Part shown: piece after piece, positions 16,217-25,006 of the stretch
How the letters are laid out: each line of letters opens with the position of its first letter
Numbering within the stretch: the stretch's first letter is position 1
Assembly: GCF_000020025.1 (NCBI RefSeq)
Contig: NC_010628.1
Span: 7,500,001 to 7,532,000 of the forward strand
DNA from: Nostoc punctiforme PCC 73102
GTDB taxonomy: Bacteria; Cyanobacteriota; Cyanobacteriia; Cyanobacteriales; Nostocaceae
Reading direction: 5' to 3'
DNA length: 32,000 bases
The notes under the pieces: model-generated
Told to the model about the DNA's origin: nothing
Database searches by the model: none
What the model saw: only the letters and a program-made list of their open reading frames with translations
Translations under genes and position numbers: made by a program

Positions 16217-16944
16217 TTGTTTACCTTCACTAGATAAGTATATTTACTTATTAACTCTAAAAAAATCTATCTAAACTGGAGAATTTTGGTAGCAAGATTT
16301 TTTTGTTTACGGCAAAATATGTAAAAGAATATACCAAATCCTGGGTTTATTCGCCAATTGTAGTGGAAGATACTTACAAAGAGAGGAAGGTTATTATAAG
16401 AAATTTATATATAAAACTTGAGATAATGCCAAATTTGAATGATAGATTTTGATGAATTTGAAGCATCCTAAATCGGGAACAAAAACGCTAAAATCCAGTC
16501 ATGTTATGTATTTAAGCTGTTTTTGCTCGATGAACTCCAAAAAGCAGCCTAAAATTAGACGATAGTTAATACGGTTGTTTTTTAGGGAATAATCAACGTA
16601 AAGTCTCGTGTTGAGAAGACTGATGGGCTAGAAATATCTTGAAGATATCTACAGCAGGGGGCATCACTTTTCCAGAAGTCGCAGCAATTTATTTTTCGGC
16701 AGCGACTATAGACTAGGCAAATCATTTGTCTAGTCCCCGTGATTGACGCAAGACAAGCGCGGATAATGGTAAAGAGTTATAAACGTCCTAAGTGGTGTTA
16801 GGAGTGGTTCGGACAAGTAAACACAGCAAACTTTAAGTTTTGCTAATACATGTAAACTTGTCTAAATCAGAGAAGCAGGTTAATCTTGCGTAAGCATCTC
16901 TGGTGAATGTGATCTTGATCTATCATTTGTTGTGATCTAAATCA

Positions 16945-19347
16945 TTGACTAGTATCCAACTGAAAAATCGAGGTCAGTTAAGCGCTAGTGATCATAGGAG
17001 GTCGTCTTTGAAACGAGCATTAAAAAAGAGAGTAAAAGCTGTGTTGAACAATAACCCCAACAGCGATGATGCCCCGGTAGAACTGCAAAATGTGATGAAT
17101 CCAAAAGTTAACCGCCGGGTGCGGACAAAAGCCGCCATGATTGGCTTGGCAATCTCTATGGGAGCAACCAGCCTTTTGGTGACTCGACAAAGCGATCAAG
17201 CCCAAGCAGCGGTGCCAGTAGGCAGCCAAAAGGCTTCCTCTTCGATTCCTGCTGCTCCTGACACTGAAGTGAAATTCGCCTCCACAAAGCTGGAGTCCCA
17301 AGCAGTCTCATCAGCGAGCGTGCCGGAAAATCCTGTGATCGTGGAACCAACGGCAGTCTCACAAGTGCCTGGGCTTGAAGCTAAATGGCAAGTCGCGGCA
17401 AATGGAATGTCTTTGCAAATTCCTGCATCAGAAACGTTTTCCCAAGCAACAGCTGGTTATAAAAATTCCACTAACCTGAAGTCACAAGTGGCACAGGGAT
17501 TGAACAACACATTAACTGAGACTAGTTTCCCAACAGTCAATAATTTGTCTGACTATAGTGCTGATGGTGTTGGCGGTACAAATGTTTTATTGAATGCCCA
17601 GCCACAAACAGTAGCAACATCTGGTGCAGTCAACGGTGAGATAAATGCACAACTTAAGGCACAACAAGAGTTTGCACTGAATCGCTTACAAGAAAAATCT
17701 AATCGGTTAAGAAAAAGTCTCGCACAGTTACAGTCTGGGGAAACTGAAAACTTATCACCAGCTGATATTGGTTTGGCACAGCCGACGACTGGAGTTGAAA
17801 AAACTGCATTAGCCCAGCCGAATACTTTTGATGATGCAAGCAAAGCGAACTTGATATCGAAGTTAAAACAGAAGAATCAGGCGAGTGCAATTGCAGCAGT
17901 ACCAGCTACACCAACAGTTATTGCGTCCTCGGCTCGAACCGCCTACGAAGTTAAGCCTGGAGATACACTAGCAGCGATCGCCAGCAAATACAATACTTCA
18001 GTATCAGAACTAGTTAAGGCAAATAACCTCAACAATCCCAATGAACTGAAAATTAGTCAAAAACTAATTATTCCTGCTGGTCAAGTTGAGGTAACAGTAG
18101 CGAATCAACCCACTGTAGTGAGCCAACCTGTTGTAGCGAGTCAACCTACTTTTGTGGAGTCCAGCAAAACTCCAAAAGTAGCTACCTCTCCTATGAACAT
18201 TGGTAGTGCCAACTCCTATCTACCAACTACTTCACAATCACCATCTATTGCCGACAACAGTAGCGTTGCCGTCCCTACACCAGTAATTGCGAACAATCAG
18301 GTTCAGGCAAATAGTGCCACTGATTTAGAAGTACGCCCTACCACTCCTACTAGGACTTATGGTGTTGGTGGTGAAGATCCAGTGCCAACAGCTTTTGCTG
18401 AAATACAACAGCCTAAAACACCAGCAAATAGAGTAGCACGGGGAAATAATAATGACCGTTTGCGCGGCTTGCAAGCGGAAATTCAGAGATTACAGCAGAA
18501 ATACCGCGCTCAACAGTCTGGTAATTTAGTTGTGCCAGCAGCTAGCGATACTAATAATGCTGCAATGCTCACTCCTGTTTCTACTCCCAATAATTTCATC
18601 GTACCTAACTCTGCTATTCGACCAAATACTGTAGCGATACCAATTCCAGTTCCTACACCTATTAGAGCTACCTATAGCGCTCAACCAATCAAGCCCCAAT
18701 TCCGTACTAGTGTACGTCCTACCGAACCAGTAAACCCAGAATTCTTGCCCAATCTCGGTTCTGCTAGTCAGTGGACTCCTGCTCGCACTCAATCTCCTAC
18801 AAGAATTGCAACTCCTCCTGGAAGAGTAAATGCCTCTGACTCCTTAGGAAAGATGCGGGGAACCACAGTTTCTCCACAGATAGTACCGCCTTTGGCAGCA
18901 GTGGATCAATATCTACCCAGACCCATTGACGAGCTGACACCTGTTCCATCTTCCTCAACCGTAGCTTCCAGATACACATGGCCGGCAAAAGGTACCCTTA
19001 CCTCTGGTTATGGCTGGCGCTGGGGTAGGATGCACAAAGGAATTGACGTTGCTAACTCCACTGGCACGCCAGTTGTCGCCTCAGCTGAGGGTACGATAGA
19101 AAAAGCAGGCTGGAACAATGGTGGCTACGGCAACCTTGTCGAAATCCGTCATCCTGATGGCAGCACCACTCGCTATGCTCATAACAGCAAGATTCTAGTG
19201 CAACCTGGTCAACAGGTACATCAAGGAGAAACAATTGCTTTAATGGGCAGCACTGGTCACAGTACTGGGCCACACACCCACTTTGAAATCCATCCATCAG
19301 GTAAGGGTGCTGTTAACCCAATCGCCATGTTACCGGATCGCATATAA
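16945..19347 (+). CDS. LysM domain-containing M23 (LytM-type) peptidoglycan endopeptidase with a long low-complexity linker.
   Basis: LysM at 17944..18075 (YEVKPGDTLAAIASKYNTSVSELVKANNL...LIIP). M23 near 18970..19300 (HKGIDV...GSTGHSTGPHTHFEI). An N-terminal TM segment AAMIGLAISMGATSLLV is present. The TTG start is uncertain. Confidence 0.9.
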   Translation: MTSIQLKNRGQLSASDHRRSSLKRALKKRVKAVLNNNPNSDDAPVELQNVMNPKVNRRVRTKAAMIGLAISMGATSLLVTRQSDQAQAAVPVGSQKASSSIPAAPDTEVKFASTKLESQAVSSASVPENPVIVEPTAVSQVPGLEAKWQVAANGMSLQIPASETFSQATAGYKNSTNLKSQVAQGLNNTLTETSFPTVNNLSDYSADGVGGTNVLLNAQPQTVATSGAVNGEINAQLKAQQEFALNRLQEKSNRLRKSLAQLQSGETENLSPADIGLAQPTTGVEKTALAQPNTFDDASKANLISKLKQKNQASAIAAVPATPTVIASSARTAYEVKPGDTLAAIASKYNTSVSELVKANNLNNPNELKISQKLIIPAGQVEVTVANQPTVVSQPVVASQPTFVESSKTPKVATSPMNIGSANSYLPTTSQSPSIADNSSVAVPTPVIANNQVQANSATDLEVRPTTPTRTYGVGGEDPVPTAFAEIQQPKTPANRVARGNNNDRLRGLQAEIQRLQQKYRAQQSGNLVVPAASDTNNAAMLTPVSTPNNFIVPNSAIRPNTVAIPIPVPTPIRATYSAQPIKPQFRTSVRPTEPVNPEFLPNLGSASQWTPARTQSPTRIATPPGRVNASDSLGKMRGTTVSPQIVPPLAAVDQYLPRPIDELTPVPSSSTVASRYTWPAKGTLTSGYGWRWGRMHKGIDVANSTGTPVVASAEGTIEKAGWNNGGYGNLVEIRHPDGSTTRYAHNSKILVQPGQQVHQGETIALMGSTGHSTGPHTHFEIHPSGKGAVNPIAMLPDRI

Positions 19348-19388
19348 TTTCTTGGCTATCTGTAACTAAATCATTGCCTTGCTTTGTT

Positions 19389-19411
19389 GAGGGAGTTTAC
19401 CTCCCTCTTTT
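19389..19411 (+). terminator. Rho-independent terminator after the M23 gene.
   Basis: Stem gagggag, loop tttac, stem ctccctc, then tttt. Confidence 0.65.
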
Positions 19412-19514
19412 GCCTTTTATAACCTTAACAGGGATAAAAGCTGTAAGAAAATTGCAAAAATCCTAGTATTGAGCAAATTTGTATGCTATACTAGTTTATG
19501 ATTTGAAGATATAT

Positions 19515-19588
19515 GGCTCAGTAGCTCAGTTGGTTAGAGCGCGGGACTCATAAGCCTGAGGTCGTTGGTTCAATTCCAACCTGAGCCA
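19515..19588 (+). tRNA. tRNA with anticodon CAT. It is either tRNA-Met or a lysidine-type tRNA-Ile2, which cannot be distinguished by eye.
   Basis: GGCTCAG TA GCTC AGTTGGTTA GAGC G CGGGA CTCATAA GCCTG AGGTC GTTGG TTCAATT CCAAC CTGAGCC A. There is one A:G mismatch at the bottom of the anticodon stem. Confidence 0.88.
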
Positions 19589-19792
19589 CTTTAAAAGAAG
19601 GATTATATAAGGGTTTCAGCTTCTAGTCATCTGTAGCATTAGGGAGCTGAATTTTAATATAAGGCTCTTTTAACTATCAAATGACTATGCTTATTTAAGA
19701 ACGTGATAGCCATGAAAGTTTGAATTGAAGCCTTGAAAGGTCGTTTAAGATGAAGATTCCCTAGACTTTTGTTCAATGGTAATCAGAAATAC

Positions 19793-20115
19793 TTATCTTT
19801 GAACTTTATCCTGATCCTGTTGGATTTGCTCGGCTCGGTCTTGGGCAATTCTGGTGATATTAGGCTGAGTTGAGAACCAGTAACCAGTGTTATCGACATA
19901 AAGATAGATGTGTGGGCTGTTCGGTAAGTCGGCGCAAAGCATCGCCAAAAGTTGCTGCACTTTCCCCTGGTTGAACACACCCCAACTTGATCTGATGATC
20001 TTCTACACCGCGATTGGCTGCTCTTAGAGTAGGAGCAGAACCAAGGTAAAATTGTCCGGGCGACACGACGACATGCAGAGTAACGTCCTAAGTTCGGGTT
20101 TTGGCGATCGCACAA
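19793..20115 (-). pseudogene. Frameshifted remnant of an unidentified gene.
   Basis: Three overlapping partial frames, for example DVTLHVVVSPGQFYLGSAPTLRAANRGVEDHQIKLG... and ...FNQGKVQQLLAMLCADLPNSPHIYLYVDNTGYWF... No single frame is intact. Confidence 0.35.
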
Positions 20116-20259
20116 AGTCGAGCCTCTGAGGATTTCTGCTAAGGAGTTAGTTTAGTACTGTGATTGCTCTCACCAAAAGCATCCCTTTTTACTTGGATAA
20201 CTAGCTATCCAATAAAGTAGTCAGACTTAAGAGCGAATACTCTGACAAAATTGCGATGT

Positions 20260-20345
20260 CTACGATGGTCACTGAGCTTGTCGTACCCCTCCGGGGAAGC
20301 AAGCTACGCGCAGCGTCTCGTAGAGAAGTGCGGGCTACGCCTACG
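20260..20345. repeat. Small dispersed repeat modules (Nostoc SDR/MITE-like).
   Basis: cactgagcttgtcg (20270..20283) recurs at 23147..23160. cgcgcagcgtctcgtagagaag (20307..20328) recurs inverted at 23025..23046 with one mismatch. GCTACGCC motifs also occur. Confidence 0.7.
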
Positions 20346-20430
20346 CACCAAAAAACAATCAGCAAATGAAGTAAACCTGTAGCAGTTATTCTAGAGAAAA
20401 CTAGAGTTTTGAAATTTTGGTATATTTGAG

Positions 20431-20817
20431 CTACCCAAAATCATCAGAGAATAATGGCACATCATAAAATTTCAACTTTTGGTCTACTGTAATTATTGTT
20501 AAACCTTCTACCAAAGCTTGAGCAATTAACATCCTATCAAAAGGATCTTTATGGTGTAGAGGCAAATCAGCAACCTTTATTCCATGTGTCAATGTCATAG
20601 ACAAAATCTCAAACCGACTGAAGCGCAAAGCCTCCTCCAAATTACCAGGAGAAATTAACTTTCCTAAAGACTGTTTAATTGAAATCTCCCAAGCACTAAT
20701 TGCACTGACGAAAATTAAATTTTCAGGATTAGTAATTACTTCTCGTACCCGATCTGACAATTTAGAATCATTTTCTAAAAACCACAATAAAATATGAGTA
20801 TCTAACAAAAAACTCAC
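20431..20817 (-). CDS. vapC: PIN-domain toxin, VapC family.
   Basis: 128 aa. The N-terminal LLDTHILLW carries the acidic residue, and the remainder shows the PIN pattern. A 1-nt overlap links it to the upstream antitoxin gene. Confidence 0.85.
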   Translation of the reverse strand: MSFLLDTHILLWFLENDSKLSDRVREVITNPENLIFVSAISAWEISIKQSLGKLISPGNLEEALRFSRFEILSMTLTHGIKVADLPLHHKDPFDRMLIAQALVEGLTIITVDQKLKFYDVPLFSDDFG

Positions 20818-21095
20818 TACTCATCCCCATAAAATGCTGCAATTACTTCTTCTGGAGTCTCATCAAAATCATCAGCAATCTTAACTTTTCCCTGCCAAAA
20901 ACCCGCAACTCTTGGCTTTAAGGCATCATTTAAATCAGCTTTACTAACTGTAGGCTCAGGTTGAGTCAAAGGCAAAACTTTTGCCAAAGGGACACCCTGA
21001 TGAGTTAAGGTAACTTCAACATGATTTTGGATATCTGACAATAAATCAGCTAAATTCTCAGATAAGTCAGCAATATCAAAAGTTTTTGGTGACAT
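20817..21095 (-). CDS. Type II antitoxin partner of VapC (Phd/YefM-like N-terminus).
   Basis: 92 aa, acidic, sitting immediately upstream of vapC and overlapping it. The C-terminal GKVKIADDFDETPEEVIAAFYG is a common antitoxin tail. Confidence 0.7.
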   Translation of the reverse strand: MSPKTFDIADLSENLADLLSDIQNHVEVTLTHQGVPLAKVLPLTQPEPTVSKADLNDALKPRVAGFWQGKVKIADDFDETPEEVIAAFYGDE

Positions 21096-21289
21096 TTTAC
21101 TTATGCCCTACTGATTACCAGCATTATAACCAATAAAATTTACCCTCATTGAAGATGAAATTAAATAGTATTGGACGATGAATAATGATTAAAAAATATG
21201 AAAAGTGTAATCGTTAACACGGTAAATAATTGTTTAAAAACGGCTCAGTTCCCTGTTGCCACAACTCCAGCCAATCATAAAATTACGAA

Positions 21290-23518
21290 TTATTTTTGTA
21301 TGTGGCGAATTATTTCAGCAACTGACCAAGCTTGAGCGATCGCACCTCTGGGTGTATGAGGTGCATCGCCATCAAATATCTCAGAAATAGAGCCAAGACA
21401 AGCGCCAGATAAGAAATGATCTAGCAGAGGTTGCCAATCAAAAGGTAGCGATTGTTCTGGATAAAAACGTTGCCAAGCCCGAATATATGGTCCAATTAGC
21501 CAACCCCAAACAGTGCCTTGGTGATAGGCGCGATCGCGTTGCTCTTGATTACCCTCATATCTCCCTTTGTATTCGGGATCTCCTGGATCGAGACTGCGAA
21601 GACCATAAGGAGTCAGCAAGCTGATAGTTGCCAAATCTAGTATCTGACTCCCTTGTTGGGCAGAAAATCCACAGTGGTGCAGTGACAGCGCCAAAACCGC
21701 ATTGGGACGAATTTGAAAATTTCGGCGATCGTCTGGCTCGATAGTATCGTACAAATAACCCAGCTGAGGATTCCAGAACTTTTGCAGCGAGGTTTTAACC
21801 TTTTCTGCTTGCAGAGCATAACGCTGTGCTTGCTTAGTGAGACGCACTGGATCGCCAAGTTCAAGCGAACTTAAGCGTTCTGCCCACCGACTTAGCCAAC
21901 ATAAAGCTGAATACCATAGCGCATTGATTTCCACCGGCTTACCGTGACGTGGAGTAACGGGATTTGCCCCAATTACCACATCCATCCATGTGAGAGCTAC
22001 ACCACGAGCATCCCAACTAATTAGCCCATCAATAGCATCAACCTGGATATTGTAGTGTGTACCACCAACAAAGGCTTTGTGGATTTGTTGGACTACAGAG
22101 AATTGCTCTGCCAAAAATTCCCAGTCTTGGGTAGCTTCTAAATAAAGTCCTAAAGTTTCAACCCACCACAGCGCCGCATCAATACTGTTATAAAGTGGTT
22201 CACCATCGGCATCAGGAAATACATTAGGCATCAAACCGTGGCGATAGTAATGCCTAAAAGTCCGTAATACTCCTTTTGCCAGATCAAAGCGTTGTGGAAC
22301 TAGTGCCAATCCAGGTAAGGCGATTAATATGTCGCGCCCTCGCTCATTAAACCAGTGATAACCAGCAATCATTGTGGGGCCAGCAATTGAGGCTCGATAG
22401 ACGATAAACTGATCGCTTGCTTTAAGTAGTTGTTGCCAGAGTAGAGATTGGGCATTTAAAAGAGGCACAGGGGCGGGATGCGGGGGGTAGAGGGGAAAAC
22501 TCTTCTCCCTTGCTCCCTGCTCCCTGCTCTCCTCACTCCATCCAAAAATCTGGGAGAGCCGGTCTTGCTCTACCTCCACGGCTTCTGCAAAGGTTTCGGA
22601 AGTGAGAACATCTGCCATCAAGTTTGGAAAACCTACTCGTGCTTCTAGTGTTACCACATCTCCTGGTTGCAGTCTGACTATCAAGTAACCAGGACTGTAG
22701 AGGTCTTCTTTGTCACTTAATCCCCGTTTTGTCTCCTCAGACAATCCATAATTCCAATACCAAACTGCATCTGGTTGATATTTTCCTTTTGTCCAACGCA
22801 AGTGCCAAGGTATACCGAAATTACCCAATTTTTTTGCTTGCAGACAGATTTGCTGTTGCCCAAGCAATTCTGAGAACTGTAATCCTGAACTAGCAATTTG
22901 TGGGTGGTGAAAATCACGTTCTGCGATCAGCAGCCGCAGCCGTAAAATTGCTGTATCATTTCCGTCATAGCGATATTGGATCAAGATTCGATGGCAAAAT
23001 TGGGCATTGGGGAGGCAGTGCGGTCTTCTCTGCGAGACGCTGCGCGATGGGGTCTCCCCAAGTGGAGCAACTGCCGTCATTGGGCATTGGGAAGCATTCT
23101 TCGCTATTTCCAGTTCCTCATTCCTAATCCCCAGTCTCCAGCGATGCACTGAGCTTGTCGAAGTGTCCCCAGCCTCCACTAACCCATAAGGCATCACCAA
23201 TTGTCTGCTTAATTGCCAGTTATCTCGACCCCAAATCCATTTTGGAACTGGGTTAATATCAAAACAGCGCAACAGTTCGTAGCCTGTCAGTTCAATCTGA
23301 CCGTTACCCCAAACATTTGTCCCCAGTGCTACAACGTTCCCCGATACTTCTAAGCTAGCGTCTAAGTGTGAAAACAGCAGAGTCCGTCCAGAAGGTGGGT
23401 TTGTAGCGGTAAACAGCCAACCGTGATAGGTGCGCGTGCGGACATCAGAAATCGTACCACTGGCAAAACTTCCTAAGCCATTGGTAAGTAACCATTCTCT
23501 TGTATCTAAATCAGGCAT
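21290..23518 (-). CDS. Glycogen debranching enzyme (amylo-alpha-1,6-glucosidase, GDE N and C domains) carrying two repeat-derived in-frame insertions.
   Basis: 742 aa. N-terminus REWLLTNGLGSFASGTISDVRTRTYHGWL. The C-terminal half has PNVFPD, NSIDAALWW, LTWMD and YHQGTVWGW, motifs typical of the (alpha/alpha)6 GDE_C domain. Confidence 0.88.
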   Translation of the reverse strand: MPDLDTREWLLTNGLGSFASGTISDVRTRTYHGWLFTATNPPSGRTLLFSHLDASLEVSGNVVALGTNVWGNGQIELTGYELLRCFDINPVPKWIWGRDNWQLSRQLVMPYGLVEAGDTSTSSVHRWRLGIRNEELEIAKNASQCPMTAVAPLGETPSRSVSQRRPHCLPNAQFCHRILIQYRYDGNDTAILRLRLLIAERDFHHPQIASSGLQFSELLGQQQICLQAKKLGNFGIPWHLRWTKGKYQPDAVWYWNYGLSEETKRGLSDKEDLYSPGYLIVRLQPGDVVTLEARVGFPNLMADVLTSETFAEAVEVEQDRLSQIFGWSEESREQGAREKSFPLYPPHPAPVPLLNAQSLLWQQLLKASDQFIVYRASIAGPTMIAGYHWFNERGRDILIALPGLALVPQRFDLAKGVLRTFRHYYRHGLMPNVFPDADGEPLYNSIDAALWWVETLGLYLEATQDWEFLAEQFSVVQQIHKAFVGGTHYNIQVDAIDGLISWDARGVALTWMDVVIGANPVTPRHGKPVEINALWYSALCWLSRWAERLSSLELGDPVRLTKQAQRYALQAEKVKTSLQKFWNPQLGYLYDTIEPDDRRNFQIRPNAVLALSLHHCGFSAQQGSQILDLATISLLTPYGLRSLDPGDPEYKGRYEGNQEQRDRAYHQGTVWGWLIGPYIRAWQRFYPEQSLPFDWQPLLDHFLSGACLGSISEIFDGDAPHTPRGAIAQAWSVAEIIRHIQK
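22463..22537. repeat. Repeat-derived in-frame segment within the debranching-enzyme CDS (approximate limits).
   Basis: ggggggtagaggggaaaactcttctcccttgctccctgctccctgc encodes ...EESREQGAREKSFPLYPPHPAP... It belongs to the same sequence class as the 15385..15480 intergenic repeat. Confidence 0.5.
22994..23179. repeat. Repeat-derived in-frame segment of about 186 bp within the debranching-enzyme CDS (approximate limits).
   Basis: It contains CATTGGG heptamers and modules shared with 20270..20328. It encodes the low-complexity peptide VEAGDTSTSSVHRWRLGIRNEELEIAKNASQCPMTAVAPLGETPSRSVSQRRPHCLPNAQF. Confidence 0.6.
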
Positions 23519-23649
23519 TGGCTACTCAAAATCGTTATGAGTATGATATAGTCGTAACAGATCGTAATTAAACTGTGAGAGCGTGGATGGGCGAGTTTTA
23601 CTTGACCCGTATTTCAACGCTAATAAACCGATAAAGGAGAATTAGGTTA

Positions 23650-24261
23650 ATGTCCCTTACTTACGGAACCGAAGGAAGCCTCCGCGTTGGCCAACAAGCT
23701 CCCGATTTCACAGCAACGGCTGTGGTAGATCAGGAATTTAAGACAATTAAACTTTCCGATTATCGCGGTAAGTATGTCGTCCTGTTTTTCTACCCACTAG
23801 ACTTTACCTTTGTTTGTCCTACTGAAATCACAGCATTTAGCGATCGCTACGAAGAATTCAAGAAAATCAATACTGAAGTCCTTGGGGCTTCCGTTGACAG
23901 TGAATTCTCCCACCTCGCTTGGATTCAAACAGATCGTAAGTCTGGTGGTGTCGGCGACCTGAATTATCCTCTAGTCTCAGACATTAAGAAAGAGATTAGC
24001 GCCGCTTACAACGTTCTTGACCCAGCAGCCGGCATTGCCTTGCGTGGTCTGTTCCTCATCGATAAAGATGGTATCATACAGCACGCTACCATCAACAACC
24101 TAGCTTTTGGTCGCAGCGTTGACGAAACCCTGCGGACATTACAAGCAATTCAGTATGTTCAATCTCACCCCGATGAAGTTTGCCCAGCTGGTTGGCAACC
24201 TGGTGACAAGACAATGAATCCTGACCCAGTGAAGTCTAAAGTTTACTTCTCTGCTGTCTAA
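23650..24261 (+). CDS. Typical 2-Cys peroxiredoxin (AhpC/Prx1 subfamily).
   Basis: Peroxidatic motif [10 protein letters not shown] and resolving-Cys motif EVCPAGW. Confidence 0.92.
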   Translation: MSLTYGTEGSLRVGQQAPDFTATAVVDQEFKTIKLSDYRGKYVVLFFYPLDFTFVCPTEITAFSDRYEEFKKINTEVLGASVDSEFSHLAWIQTDRKSGGVGDLNYPLVSDIKKEISAAYNVLDPAAGIALRGLFLIDKDGIIQHATINNLAFGRSVDETLRTLQAIQYVQSHPDEVCPAGWQPGDKTMNPDPVKSKVYFSAV

Positions 24262-24315
24262 ATTTCGTTAGCAAACTCTAATCTAAGTTGTTGGAGTTGA
24301 GAGCAAAATCAATGA

Positions 24316-24380
24316 AAACCACAGATAAACAGAGATACACATGAAACAGTGTCAACCTCTGTATCTATCTGTGGTTTTTT
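24316..24380 (+). terminator. Long hairpin terminator after the peroxiredoxin gene.
   Basis: aaaaccacagata ... tatctgtggtttttt, with an inner stem cagag/ctctg. Confidence 0.7.
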
Positions 24381-24415
24381 CATAAAATAGTATTTAAATA
24401 ATTAGGGTTAAAAAT

Positions 24416-24952
24416 ATGTTGACTTCAACTGATTTTAGTGGCTTATTAAATGAGCGATTCTTCCGCAACTTTTTACCAGTTCCAGCTAGAAATCAGCTCA
24501 GGTTGGGAGTAGGAACACCTGATTTTCAACTGCCAGATATTACCAACGGAACTTTAGTAAAATTGTCTGATTATAAAGGCAAGCAACCAGTGTTACTCGC
24601 CTTTACCCGCATCTTTACTGAAAAACAATATTGCCCCTTTTGTTTTCCTCATATCAAAGCCTTGAATGAAAATTATGAGGAATTCAAAAATCGTGGTATA
24701 GAAGTTTTAATGATTACTAGTACTGATGAAGGGCAAAGCCAAATTGTTGTGAAAGATTTAGGCTTAAAAATGCCGTTATTGAGCGATCCTAGTTGTCGAG
24801 TTTTTCGTACCTATCAAGTAGGACAAGCACTAGGAGCGCCTTTACCAGCCCAGTTTGTATTAGATAAAGAAGGAAAACTCAGCTACTGGCATTTATTTTC
24901 TTTTCTGGATCGCAATGCTAGTATTGAGATTTTGTTAGAACAATTTAATTGA
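24416..24952 (+). CDS. AhpC/TSA (redoxin) family thioredoxin-fold protein.
   Basis: 178 aa. PVLLAFTRIFTEKQYCPFCFPH shows a CxxC-like active site in the Prx position. Confidence 0.7.
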   Translation: MLTSTDFSGLLNERFFRNFLPVPARNQLRLGVGTPDFQLPDITNGTLVKLSDYKGKQPVLLAFTRIFTEKQYCPFCFPHIKALNENYEEFKNRGIEVLMITSTDEGQSQIVVKDLGLKMPLLSDPSCRVFRTYQVGQALGAPLPAQFVLDKEGKLSYWHLFSFLDRNASIEILLEQFN

Positions 24953-25006
24953 GTATAAGGTGTAAAATTGGCAATGCTTACCCTACTGATAAAACTGTGA
25001 GGTTTT

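Noticed and set aside
16880-16900. Local matches to c-di-AMP riboswitch core words (CGUAAGC and GGUGAAU) in the M23 leader.
   Set aside because: The words occur in the wrong order and without the surrounding conserved helices. This is not enough to call a riboswitch, so it is kept only as a testable hypothesis in the findings.
17020-19297. Multiple minus-strand ORFs inside the LysM-M23 gene (17020..17301, 17553..17843, 18526..18792, 19052..19297 and others).
   Set aside because: They are antisense to a gene with unambiguous LysM and M23 motifs, and they are Cys/Arg-rich nonsense frames.
22900-23189. Plus-strand ORFs 22900..23127 and 23007..23189.
   Set aside because: They are antisense to the debranching-enzyme gene, across the inserted repeat, and are open only because of the repeat composition.
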